Below are positions 25,641 to 34,338 of a stretch of 58,444 bases of DNA, in pieces; the stretch's first letter is position 1, and each line of letters starts with the position of its first letter. Position numbers and translations under genes: made by a program. The stretch is from Candidatus Uhrbacteria bacterium (GTDB lineage: Bacteria > Patescibacteriota > Patescibacteriia > SG8-24): the NCBI GenBank assembly GCA_016929435.1, contig JAFGIV010000014.1, forward strand, positions 1 through 58,444, read 5' to 3'. The notes beneath the pieces were generated by a model, which was given only the letters and a program-made list of their open reading frames with translations, searched no databases and was not told the DNA's origin.

Positions 25641-25700
25641 CCGAAGGCGGGTCGGTTTGCCGGTGCGGGGCAAGGGGGGTCGGGCCGGTCGCTCCCCAAA

Positions 25701-25718
25701 TCCCCCAATACTGGGGGA
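25701..25718 (+). repeat. REP-like palindrome TCCCCCAATACTGGGGGA, family A copy 1
   Basis: Identical 18-mer also at 33890, 42554 and 49564, and inverted at 43004 and 43121. Confidence 0.9.
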
Positions 25719-25869
25719 TTCGTGTTGATTGGATACCTGTGGATGGGTGTGGTATGCTGAAACCGTAGGGAAAATAAAAAAGCAGCGTAAAAACAGAAAG
25801 GTCAGACAGGCATGTGCGTCGCCGCCAAGGTAACAAATACCGAAGGCGGCGATGCGTTTTTGTCTCTTG

Positions 25870-25896
25870 CCCCTTACGGCAGTCCCCTGAAGGGGA
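25870..25896 (+). repeat. Palindromic unit, family B copy 2
   Basis: CCCCTTACGGCAG-TCCCC-TGAA-GGGGA. Confidence 0.55.
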
Positions 25897-25976
25897 ATGG
25901 AGTTAAGGGGGGTGATGTGAAAATTCCGCATAGTTTGCTATACTGAAACACGTAAACAACGGTTTATTCGGCGGAT

Positions 25977-26564
25977 ATGGACAGAAAAGGCTTCACCCTT
26001 ATCGAGCTGCTGATCGTCATCGCCATCATCGGTTTCCTGATGGCGGCGATTCTGGTTGCCGTTGATCCGGTAAAGAGGATCAGGCAGTCGCGCAATGCCC
26101 AGCGCTGGTCCGAGACCAACGCCATCCTCAACGCCATCCTGAAGAAACAGGTCGACGAGCGGATCCAATACGACGGGGAGGGAACGGCCGGAATCATCAC
26201 CCATCCGGACTATGTCCAGGTGATCGTCCGGGACGATACCGGGGTCATCTGCAACCAGTGGGCCAACCGTCCGGGATGCGACCAGCCGATGGACATCTCC
26301 GGGGCCAACAAGAACTGCGTCGCCAACCTGAACGGCGAGGACGAATCGGGGATCGTCCCGGCCTACATCGCCGAGCTGCCGCTTGACCCGTTGGATATCG
26401 GCCAGAACGGCTGCGGTTCCGGTTCGGGGTGTGAGGTGGAGGGCGGCATGGCCATTTCGGAGGACGGCAATACCGGATACTACATCCGCCGCACCGCTGA
26501 CGGGCGGATCGAGGTCGGGGCCTGCCATCCGGAGCTGGACGAGACGATTAGGGTAAAGAGGTGA
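25977..26564 (+). CDS. Type IV pilin, probable major pilin paralog 2
   Basis: KG|FTLIELLIVIAIIG; N- and C-termini similar to pilin 21089. Confidence 0.9.
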   Translation: MDRKGFTLIELLIVIAIIGFLMAAILVAVDPVKRIRQSRNAQRWSETNAILNAILKKQVDERIQYDGEGTAGIITHPDYVQVIVRDDTGVICNQWANRPGCDQPMDISGANKNCVANLNGEDESGIVPAYIAELPLDPLDIGQNGCGSGSGCEVEGGMAISEDGNTGYYIRRTADGRIEVGACHPELDETIRVKR

Positions 26565-26565
26565 T

Positions 26566-27843
26566 ATGAGATACTCCAGGCTTTTCGGCCGAACATCCAA
26601 GACCGTTCCGTCCGACGCCGATTCCCGAAACGCCCGCCTGCTGGTTCAGGCCGGGTACGTTGACCAGCTGATGTCCGGCGTCTATACCTACCTGCCGCTC
26701 GGCTTGCGATCCCTAAACAGGATAAAACAGGTTGTCCGGGAGGAGATGGAGGCCATCGGCGGACAGGAGATCCTGATGCCGGCCCTTACGCCCAGGGAGC
26801 CGTGGGCAACCACCGGCCGCTGGAACGATCCCGGGCCGGAGGTGATGTTTCGGCTTAAGGGTCGGGGTGACAAGGACCTGGTTCTGGGATGGACCCATGA
26901 GGAGATCGTTACCCCCCTGGTCAAGCGGTTCATCCGGTCCTATAAGGACCTGCCGGTGGCGGTCTATCAGGTCCAGGACAAGTTCCGGAACGAGCCTCGG
27001 GCCAAGTCCGGCCTGTTGCGCGGCCGGGAATTCAGCATGAAGGACCTCTACAGTTTCCACCGCAACCAGGAGGACCTGGACGAATTCTACGAAAGGGCAA
27101 AGACCGCCTACCTCAACGTCTATCGCCGCTGCGGTTTGGATGCCATCGTCACCGAGGCTTCCGGGGGGGCCTTTTCGGAGTACTCGCACGAATACCAGGT
27201 GCTGACCGAGAACGGGGAGGACATCATCTACTATTGCCCCAAATGCCAATACGCCCAGAATCGGGAGATCAGCGGGTACCGGGCCGGCGATGCCTGCCCC
27301 AAGTGCGGTGAGGCGATGGGGGAAGGGAAAGCGATCGAGGTCGGCAACATCTTCCGTCTCGGCACCCGCTTCACGGATCCGTTCGGGGTGACCTACAGCG
27401 ACGAGACCGGAAAGCAGCAGCCGGTCGTCATGGGCTGTTACGGCATCGGACCGTCTCGGGTCATGGGGGCAATCGTGGAAATCCACTCTGACGACAGGGG
27501 CATAATCTGGCCCAAACAGGTCGCGCCGTATCCGGTCCAGCTGGTTTTGGTCCCGTCCAAGGACGGGGAAGAGGCCGTCAGGCTGCGTGAAACCGCCGAA
27601 AAACTTGCCTCTGGCCTGGCCGCCGTCGGTTTGGAGCCTCTCTACGACGACCGGGAGGATGTCCGGGCCGGGGAGAAGTTCGCCGACGCTGACCTGATCG
27701 GCCTTCCTGTCCGTCTCGTGGTTTCCCCCAAGTCTTTGGGGGCCGGAGGGGTGGAGTGGAAACTGCGGTCCGGATCGGATACGGAGATCGTCCCTATCGA
27801 TGCCGTCCCGGACCGGGTCAGCGATTTCTATAACCTGACATAA
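26566..27843 (+). CDS. proS: Proline--tRNA ligase (short form without INS editing domain)
   Basis: GVYTYLPLG, THEE, KFRNEPRAKSGLLRGREF, IEVGNIF.LG, MGCYGIG..R, anticodon-binding domain. Confidence 0.95.
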   Translation: MRYSRLFGRTSKTVPSDADSRNARLLVQAGYVDQLMSGVYTYLPLGLRSLNRIKQVVREEMEAIGGQEILMPALTPREPWATTGRWNDPGPEVMFRLKGRGDKDLVLGWTHEEIVTPLVKRFIRSYKDLPVAVYQVQDKFRNEPRAKSGLLRGREFSMKDLYSFHRNQEDLDEFYERAKTAYLNVYRRCGLDAIVTEASGGAFSEYSHEYQVLTENGEDIIYYCPKCQYAQNREISGYRAGDACPKCGEAMGEGKAIEVGNIFRLGTRFTDPFGVTYSDETGKQQPVVMGCYGIGPSRVMGAIVEIHSDDRGIIWPKQVAPYPVQLVLVPSKDGEEAVRLRETAEKLASGLAAVGLEPLYDDREDVRAGEKFADADLIGLPVRLVVSPKSLGAGGVEWKLRSGSDTEIVPIDAVPDRVSDFYNLT

Positions 27844-27864
27844 ACCCAACAGCGTCAGTGGTTC

Positions 27865-27900
27865 AAAAAAAACACCCCGGCCAATAGGTCGGGGTTTTTT
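27865..27900. terminator. Bidirectional terminator
   Basis: A8-CACCCCGGCC-AATA-GGTCGGGG-T6 between convergent genes. Confidence 0.85.
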
Positions 27901-27911
27901 GGAATTGGTCG

Positions 27912-28679
27912 TTATTCTTTTTGCTTTTCTCCGAATCGATTTTGCCTTTCCAGTAGTTGGATCAACTCCTCAAGTCCGTCCGGCACCTCGATCGTAGATA
28001 GGTTAAATATTCGATTTAACCGATGCCTGATTCCCTGTCTGACGCCCCTGGCTGCCTGGTATCCGGCCGACTTCACCGCCTCGACGATGCGGTCGGTTCC
28101 CGCTCCGGCCCCGTAAGGATAGGCGAAGGAGGTGATTTTTTTACTCAATTTTTTTTCCAGAATCCGTTTGCTGCCCTTCAGTTCGTTTTGAACCTGAGCG
28201 TCGGATATTCTGGTAAGGAACGGATGGGATACGGTATGTGAACCCATCTCCATTCCCGCATCCGCCAATTCCCGCACGTTTTCCCATGTCATGCATCGTC
28301 CCCTGCCGATGGCGCCTGCCATGACGAAGAATGTGGCCGTGGCGCCGTATTTTTTCAGTATCGGCACGGCGTTTTCGTGTTGGTTTTTCCACCCGTCATC
28401 GAAAGTTATCACCACCGGTTTGTTCGGTAGCGGTGTTCCGTTCCGGAGACGATCGGTTAATTTTGATAGGGTAACGAATGTATATCCGTTATTGCGCAGC
28501 CAAAGTATTTGGCTCTCGAAAACATTCGGTTGGACGTTGTATTGATGTTTTCCGTTCCTGACATGGTGGTAGAGCAGGATCGGAGCCGTTACCGCTTTCT
28601 CTGATGGGGCGGCTTTTTGGGGGGACAGAAACAGCGTCGCTGTTGCCAACATCGCCACGGTTTTCTTGATTCCGGTCAT
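27912..28679 (-). CDS. Secreted polysaccharide deacetylase (CE4/NodB)
   Basis: PILLYHHV, TFDDGW, GSHTVSHP and FAYPYG motifs; signal-peptide-like N-terminus. Confidence 0.9.
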   Translation of the reverse strand: MTGIKKTVAMLATATLFLSPQKAAPSEKAVTAPILLYHHVRNGKHQYNVQPNVFESQILWLRNNGYTFVTLSKLTDRLRNGTPLPNKPVVITFDDGWKNQHENAVPILKKYGATATFFVMAGAIGRGRCMTWENVRELADAGMEMGSHTVSHPFLTRISDAQVQNELKGSKRILEKKLSKKITSFAYPYGAGAGTDRIVEAVKSAGYQAARGVRQGIRHRLNRIFNLSTIEVPDGLEELIQLLERQNRFGEKQKE

Positions 28680-28846
28680 TTTTCTCCTTTTTTGGGAAAG
28701 AATTGGTTTGTTTTTCAAGCAACTCCCATCAGGTTAGTGCTGGATTCCGATTTTGTCAAGATTTTGTTTTTCCACCGTAACAAATCCGCCCCGTCTGGCG
28801 ACAGGGCGGATTTGTTTTCCGAATGGTTTCTTGTTATCTTTTGTCC

Positions 28847-29131
28847 CTACCTCTTTCCCTTCAGCGAGTCCTTCAGGGACTTGCCGGCCTTGAACTTCGG
28901 GACGACGACCGGCGGGATCTGGATCTTTTCGGACGGGTTTTGGGGGTTGACCCCGGTCCGACCGGCCCGCTGTTTGGCGGAGAAGGTGCCGAAACCGGCT
29001 ATGGTGACCTCACCACCGGCCTTCAGGGTCTCGGTGACGATGTCGGTAAGGGTCTCGACCGCATCCTCGGCGACCTTCTTGGTCATGCCGACCTTTTCCG
29101 CGATCTTGGCCACTAGTTCAGCCTTGTTCAT
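28847..29131 (-). CDS. hup: DNA-binding protein HU
   Basis: MNKAELV..IA, GFGTF, GVNPQ, PKFKAGKSLK. Confidence 0.95.
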   Translation of the reverse strand: MNKAELVAKIAEKVGMTKKVAEDAVETLTDIVTETLKAGGEVTIAGFGTFSAKQRAGRTGVNPQNPSEKIQIPPVVVPKFKAGKSLKDSLKGKR

Positions 29132-29180
29132 AGGTTATTGGGGTTAATTAGGCTTTGGTTAGGTTTAAATTCGGTTTCGG

Positions 29181-29981
29181 TCAGACGGTTACCGTCCGGA
29201 TGACGGTTTCGATACCCAGTGACCGTCCCTGCCCGTCGGTTTCAATGACAATGGCGTTGACGATCGCCTCGCCGCCATCCGGGATTTCCGTCCGCATGGG
29301 TAGGGACGTCAGGTAATGCGGCAGTGCCGTTTCCCGGCTGAAGCCGATGATGCCGTCCCGTATGCCGCACATTCCGATGTCCGTTATGAAGGCCGGACCG
29401 ATTTCCGGCAGGATTCGGGCATCGGCGGTCATGACATGGGTATGGGATCCCCAGACGGCCGTGGCCCGTCCCTGGACATGCCACCCGAAAGCCGCCTTCT
29501 CTGAAGTGGCCTCGGCATGGAAGTCCACCAGGACGACCTGCGGTTTGGGGGATGGCCATTCGGTCAGTATGCGGTCAAAGGTCCGGAAAGGGTCATCCAC
29601 CCCGGTTTTCATCATCACCCGTCCCAATAAGTTTACCACAAGGACGTTTTTTGTGCCAACCGTAAGCAATTTCGCCCCAGCACCGGGGACCCCGGCCGGA
29701 TAGTTGGCCGGACGGATCAGCTTGGGGGAGATCGCCGGGTCAGCGAAGCAGTCGAAGGACTCCCTCTTGTCCCAGACGTGGTTGCCGCTGGTCATGAAGT
29801 CCACCCCCATGTCCATTATTTCCCTTAGGGTATCGGGGGTGATGCCCTTCCCGTGGGCAACGTTCTCCACGTTGGCGATTGTCAGGTCCGGCCCGAACTC
29901 GTCCTTGAGTTTCGGGAGGGCCTTGCGGACCGCCTTTCGCCCGATCTTTCCGACGATGTCCCCGAAGACGAGTATCTTCAT
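29181..29981 (-). CDS. ymdB: YmdB-family metallophosphoesterase
   Basis: GDIVG, NVEN..HGKG, TSGNHVWD, DFHAEATSEK, GSHTHV; directly downstream of rny. Confidence 0.92.
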   Translation of the reverse strand: MKILVFGDIVGKIGRKAVRKALPKLKDEFGPDLTIANVENVAHGKGITPDTLREIMDMGVDFMTSGNHVWDKRESFDCFADPAISPKLIRPANYPAGVPGAGAKLLTVGTKNVLVVNLLGRVMMKTGVDDPFRTFDRILTEWPSPKPQVVLVDFHAEATSEKAAFGWHVQGRATAVWGSHTHVMTADARILPEIGPAFITDIGMCGIRDGIIGFSRETALPHYLTSLPMRTEIPDGGEAIVNAIVIETDGQGRSLGIETVIRTVTV

Positions 29982-29990
29982 GCGATTTTC

Positions 29991-31526
29991 CTAACGGGCG
30001 TATTCTATCACCCGGGTTTCCCGGATCACGTTGACCCTCACCTCGCCCGGGTATTTCAGCTCGGCCTCGATTTTTCGGGCGATGTCCTTGGCCAGGCGGA
30101 AGGCTCCGAAATCGTCTATCTGTTTCGGTTCAACGAACACCCGGACCTCCCGTCCGGCCTGGATGGCGTAGGCCTTTTCCACCCCCTGGAAGCTGGTGGC
30201 TGTCCTTTCCAGCTCCTCCAGCCGCTGGACGTACATCTCGAACGTCTCCTTCCGTGCGCCGGGTCTGGCGCCGGAGATGGCGTCGGCCGTCTTGACTATG
30301 ACACCCTCAAAGGTGCCCGGCTTGTCCTCGTGGTGGCAAAGGGCCTGGTAGCAGATTTCCTCCTGCACGCCGAACTTCTTCAGGATGTTGTACCCGATTT
30401 CCGGGTGTGCCCCCTGGACGTCGTGGTCCACGGCCTTGCCGATGTCGTGAAGCAGGCCGCCCCGCTTGCAGACGGCAACGTCAGCCCCCAGCTCCTGGGC
30501 CAGCATTGACGCCAGGATGGCGACCTCAATGGAGTGCTTCAGGACGTTCTGCCCGTAGGAGGTGCGGTATTTCAGGCGACCGAGAATCTGGATCAGTTTC
30601 GGATCCAGGGCGGTTAGGGGGATGCCAAGCTCGTAAAGCGCATCCTCGCCGGATTTCTTGATGTCCAGGGCCAGGTCCTTCTTGGCGTTTTGGACCGCCT
30701 CCTCTATCTTGGTCGGCTGGATCCGGCCGTCCTCCAGCAGCTTTTCCAGCGCCAGTTTGGCGACCTGCCGGCGGATGGGGGAGAAACCGGAGATGGTGAT
30801 CGCTTCCGGGGTGTCGTCCACGATGATTTCCGTGCCGGTCAGCTGTTCGATGGTCTTGATGTTGCGGCCCTCCTTTCCGATGATCCGGCCCTTCATCTCG
30901 TCGCTCGGCAGGTGGACGGAGGTGGTGGTGGTTTCCACGGCGTGGGAGGAGGCGGTGCGCTGGATGACCATGGACAGGATGTTGTTGGCCTTGGTCTCCA
31001 GCTCGTCGCTCTGCACCCGTTCCAGCTTATGCAGCCGGGAAACAAACTCCTCGCTGACCATCGTTTCCGCCTCCTTCATTAGGATGGCCTTGGCCTCTTC
31101 CCGGTCCAGTCCGGCCACCTCCTCCAGCTTCCGGAACTGTTCCTGCTTGATTTTCTCTATCTCTGCCCTGGTTTCCTCCAGTTGGGCGGACTTGTCGATC
31201 ACGCCCTGCTGCTTCTTTTCCAGGTCCTTCAGGCGGTTCTGATAGTTGTCCTCGTGCTGCTCCAGCTTCTTTTGGATGATCCTTAGGTCTTTCCGCCTCT
31301 CCTCATCCTCTTTTTTGGAGTCCTCCACTATTTTAAGGGCCTTTTCCTTGGAATCGATAAGGACCTGCTTGGCCGCGCTTTCGGCCTCCCTGACCAGCCG
31401 TTCGGCCTTGGCTTCGGCCGAATTCACCTTGGTGGCGGCCTGTTTGGCCCGGATGGCGTATCCGATCCCGATGCCGGCAGCGATTCCGACGATGGCCGCC
31501 GCCAGACTTACCCAAAAGTAAACCAT
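29991..31526 (-). CDS. rny: Ribonuclease Y
   Basis: N-terminal TM, coiled coil, KH (GRIIGKEGRNI), HD (LLHDIGKA), YAIQAGREVRV. Confidence 0.97.
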   Translation of the reverse strand: MVYFWVSLAAAIVGIAAGIGIGYAIRAKQAATKVNSAEAKAERLVREAESAAKQVLIDSKEKALKIVEDSKKEDEERRKDLRIIQKKLEQHEDNYQNRLKDLEKKQQGVIDKSAQLEETRAEIEKIKQEQFRKLEEVAGLDREEAKAILMKEAETMVSEEFVSRLHKLERVQSDELETKANNILSMVIQRTASSHAVETTTTSVHLPSDEMKGRIIGKEGRNIKTIEQLTGTEIIVDDTPEAITISGFSPIRRQVAKLALEKLLEDGRIQPTKIEEAVQNAKKDLALDIKKSGEDALYELGIPLTALDPKLIQILGRLKYRTSYGQNVLKHSIEVAILASMLAQELGADVAVCKRGGLLHDIGKAVDHDVQGAHPEIGYNILKKFGVQEEICYQALCHHEDKPGTFEGVIVKTADAISGARPGARKETFEMYVQRLEELERTATSFQGVEKAYAIQAGREVRVFVEPKQIDDFGAFRLAKDIARKIEAELKYPGEVRVNVIRETRVIEYAR

Positions 31527-31555
31527 AAGAGTTCCGATGCCGTTCGGGCGGAAAT

Positions 31556-31753
31556 CGGATACGGCCTTTTTTGGCTTACCTAAACCAGCGGTCAGCTATC
31601 GGCTGTCCGTATTGCCCCTGGATGTGGGGCTTTTCGGCGAAATCTCTTGGGTTCGGTCAGCGATGTCCCCGGTCCGTGGTTTTTCCGGAAAGAATCGGCT
31701 GACAACGGAATCTATCCAATCCTGGTCGAAGTTTAGCTCATGGCCCATATCCG
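31556..31753 (-). ncRNA. Candidate 6S RNA-like (ssrS) rod-shaped RNA upstream of rny
   Basis: ~200-nt span whose ends pair (CGGAUAUGGGCC/GGCCGUAUCCG) with further nested helices; TTGCCA-17-TAGCAT promoter on the minus strand at 31874-31846. Confidence 0.45.
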
Positions 31754-31942
31754 TAGTCGGCCCGGCCGGCGGGTTTTCCCCGAAATCGGCCGTCCGTCTG
31801 GTTCCGCCCTGAACGGGCGTTATTGGTGTTTAAGACTACAGGGTCATGCTATCAGGGGCGGGGGGTTCTGGCAAGCCCTTGACTTTCGGCGATATTTGGT
31901 ATAAAAATACCCGTCAGAAACGGCACCGCTCGGTGCCGTGTT

Positions 31943-32725
31943 TTATTTCATGAACTTTAGCCAATCCTCCCCCGTCAGATCCTCCAGCCGGACGGCTTGG
32001 GAAATGTCGAAATCGCCGCTTCTTGTCCGGCGCAACGATTCCAGATAGGCCCCGCAGCCGAGTTTCTGTCCCAAGTCATGAGCCAGGGTGCGGATGTAGG
32101 TACCGGCGGAGACTTTAGTCCGGAAAGAGAGTCTCGGATAGAACTTCTCGCAGGTTCGACTTTCGCTCGGCAAGAGCGCGGCGCTTTCGCAGCTCGCCTC
32201 AGCCCGGTCGTTCGGGGCCGGTTCATAACCGGTGATTTCCAGCTCATGGATCGTCACCTGAACCGGCTTTCTCTCCACCACCCGCCCCTCTCGGGCCAGT
32301 TCGTAGAGCCTCTTTCCCCGTATCTTCTTGGCCGAGTACATCGGCGGGACCTGTTCGATCTGGCCGAGGAAACTGGCGGCCGCCTCTCGGACGGACTTTT
32401 CGGTCGGCAGGGGCGCCTGGTTTGACCCAAGGCCGTCCGCCGAGACAGTCGGGACAATTTCTCCAGTCAGGTCCTGGGTATCGCTGACCGCCCCCAGCAC
32501 GGCCACAGCCTCGTATGTTTTGTCTTTGCCGGTCATCTCACCCAGTCGTTTGGTCGCTTCCCGGCCGATGCCGACCACAAGAAGGCCGGTGGCGAACGGG
32601 TCCAGGGTGCCGGCATGGCCGATCTTTCGGATGCCGGTGATGCGCCGCAGCCGGTCCACCACGTCATGGGAGGTCAGTCCGGCTGGTTTGTCCACAAGCA
32701 GGAAGCCAGAATCTTTCTTTTCCAT
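31943..32725 (-). CDS. truB: tRNA pseudouridine(55) synthase, without PUA domain
   Basis: DKPAGLTSHDVV, GHAGTLDPFATG, QVPPMYSA.K..G..LY.LAR, GTYIRTLAHD. Confidence 0.95.
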   Translation of the reverse strand: MEKKDSGFLLVDKPAGLTSHDVVDRLRRITGIRKIGHAGTLDPFATGLLVVGIGREATKRLGEMTGKDKTYEAVAVLGAVSDTQDLTGEIVPTVSADGLGSNQAPLPTEKSVREAAASFLGQIEQVPPMYSAKKIRGKRLYELAREGRVVERKPVQVTIHELEITGYEPAPNDRAEASCESAALLPSESRTCEKFYPRLSFRTKVSAGTYIRTLAHDLGQKLGCGAYLESLRRTRSGDFDISQAVRLEDLTGEDWLKFMK

Positions 32726-32862
32726 ACGGTGTTTACCTTAACAGAAACTATTTTTTTTGGCTATGCATAGCTGATTTATTGTTATTTTTTGTCTCTTGAC
32801 ACCATCAATTAAGGCTTATAAAACTTAATCGCCGGTAATTCGTAAAATAAAAATATGGTGCT

Positions 32863-33732
32863 ATGATGTTTAAGGATATGCCAAACAGAAAGGTCACCAA
32901 TGAGCAGATAATGGAAGCCCTCTACGGGATGAGGTCTGACGTTAGTGATGTAAAATCCGATGTCGGCGAGATAAAATCCGATATTGTCGTCTTGAAGACC
33001 GACGTCAGCGGGCTGAAGTCCGACGTCTCTATCCTGAAAACTGACGTTAGTGGACTTAAGTCCGACGTCTCGGTCCTGAAATCTGACGTTTCGGTCCTGA
33101 AATTGGATGTCAGTGAGTTGAAGTCCGACGTTTCCGTTCTCAAGACCGACGTTAGTGGACTTAAGTCTGACGTCTCTATCCTGAAGACCGACGTCAGCGG
33201 GCTGAAGTCCGACGTCTCTATCCTGAAGACCGACGTTAGTGGACTTAAGTCTGACGTCTCGGTCCTGAAATCTGACGTTTCGGTCCTGAAATTGGATGTC
33301 AGTGAGTTGAAGTCGTCGCAGGAGCGCATGGGCGCCGACATCGTTAGCCTCAAGTCGTCGCAGGAGCGCATGGGCGCCGACATCGTTAGCCTCAAGTCGT
33401 CGCAGGAGCGCATGGGCGCCGACATTGTCGTCCTGAAGTCCGATGTCGGCGAGCTGAAGTCCGACGTTTCGGTCCTTTCGGAAACGACGGAATTCATAAA
33501 AGACAACGCCTTGATGAGGGATGAGGCTTTTGAGGTTTTTGCGACCAAGGACGACATGAGGGCAATGGAAAACCGCCTGGTTTCCCATATCGACGGTTTG
33601 GCGGAGAGCTTCCGTAACCATAACGATGAATTACTGGCCCACCGCAATCGGATGGATCGAATTACTGGCGGCTTGAATGAGACCAGGGAGAAGGTCAGTT
33701 TGCCGCCCTTGGTTTACGCTGGCCAAGAATGA
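32863..33732 (+). CDS. Heptad tandem-repeat coiled-coil protein (start may be ATG 32878)
   Basis: About 26 heptads LK(S/T)DVS(G/V/I/E) plus three copies of LKSSQERMGADIV(S/V); 21- and 42-nt DNA repeats. Confidence 0.85.
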   Translation: MMFKDMPNRKVTNEQIMEALYGMRSDVSDVKSDVGEIKSDIVVLKTDVSGLKSDVSILKTDVSGLKSDVSVLKSDVSVLKLDVSELKSDVSVLKTDVSGLKSDVSILKTDVSGLKSDVSILKTDVSGLKSDVSVLKSDVSVLKLDVSELKSSQERMGADIVSLKSSQERMGADIVSLKSSQERMGADIVVLKSDVGELKSDVSVLSETTEFIKDNALMRDEAFEVFATKDDMRAMENRLVSHIDGLAESFRNHNDELLAHRNRMDRITGGLNETREKVSLPPLVYAGQE

Positions 33733-33889
33733 CTTGACTGATTGGGTCTTGTTTTGGTCAAGTACTTTTTTAGGGATTCTTCAGAAGTTTCGGATAGTGA
33801 ACCAACGAGGTATCTCAAAAGACCGTTCCCTGAAAAGATCTCCGTCGCCTCTCCCTACTAATCCATACTAATCCATCGGCGTCTCCCAA

Positions 33890-33907
33890 TCCCCCAATAC
33901 TGGGGGA
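33890..33907 (+). repeat. REP-like palindrome, family A copy 2
   Basis: TCCCCCAATACTGGGGGA followed by CTT...GGAAGGGATTTTT, as in the copy at 49564. Confidence 0.9.
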
Positions 33908-34064
33908 CTTACGAGGAAGGGATTTTTATCCCCCCAAGACGTTCCCGAACCCCGTTCCGTCAGCTTGCCTTTACCCGGGATTTACGCATTATTGACAATT
34001 TCGGGGATTGGGGATAGGTTTTCGTAAACGGAAAAATTCAGGATAATGGAAAGGACAGCGAAAA

Positions 34065-34217
34065 ATGGAAGATGGACACGTAATTTTGTTTTTTTTGGTT
34101 GCGGTAGCCGCTTTGATTTTGCTGGTTACCGGGGTAGGGATCCTGGTTAGTGTCAGGAAGGAAATCAGGAAAGATAAAGATGCGGAAGCGGAAAGGGAAA
34201 AAAGGGGAGAAGGGTAA
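34065..34217 (+). CDS. Small (50-aa) single-pass membrane protein, missed by the ORF track
   Basis: MEDGHVILFFLVAVAALILLVTGVGILVSVRKEIRKDKDAEAEREKRGEG; TTGACA upstream, terminator downstream. Confidence 0.65.
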   Translation: MEDGHVILFFLVAVAALILLVTGVGILVSVRKEIRKDKDAEAEREKRGEG

Positions 34218-34240
34218 AAAAGGGTAGCGTTTTTCGTTCG

Positions 34241-34268
34241 GGCAATGCCGCTTTCGGCATTGCCTTTT
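34241..34268 (+). terminator. Terminator after the small ORF
   Basis: GGCAATGCCG-CTTT-CGGCATTGCC-TTTT. Confidence 0.85.
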
Positions 34269-34338
34269 GTCTGAAGGTTGGCCCGCCATCCCCGAAAAAT
34301 TGACTGAACCGCCGATTGCCTATAACATACGGATTGTT

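Noticed and set aside
21089-26564. Diversity-generating retroelement acting on the pilin paralogs
   Set aside because: No reverse transcriptase in the window, and the differences between paralogs are not adenine-specific.
32920-33480. Regular short repeats that might be a CRISPR array
   Set aside because: They are contiguous 21/42-nt in-frame coding repeats with no unique spacers and no cas genes; the family-A palindromes are dispersed, not arrayed.
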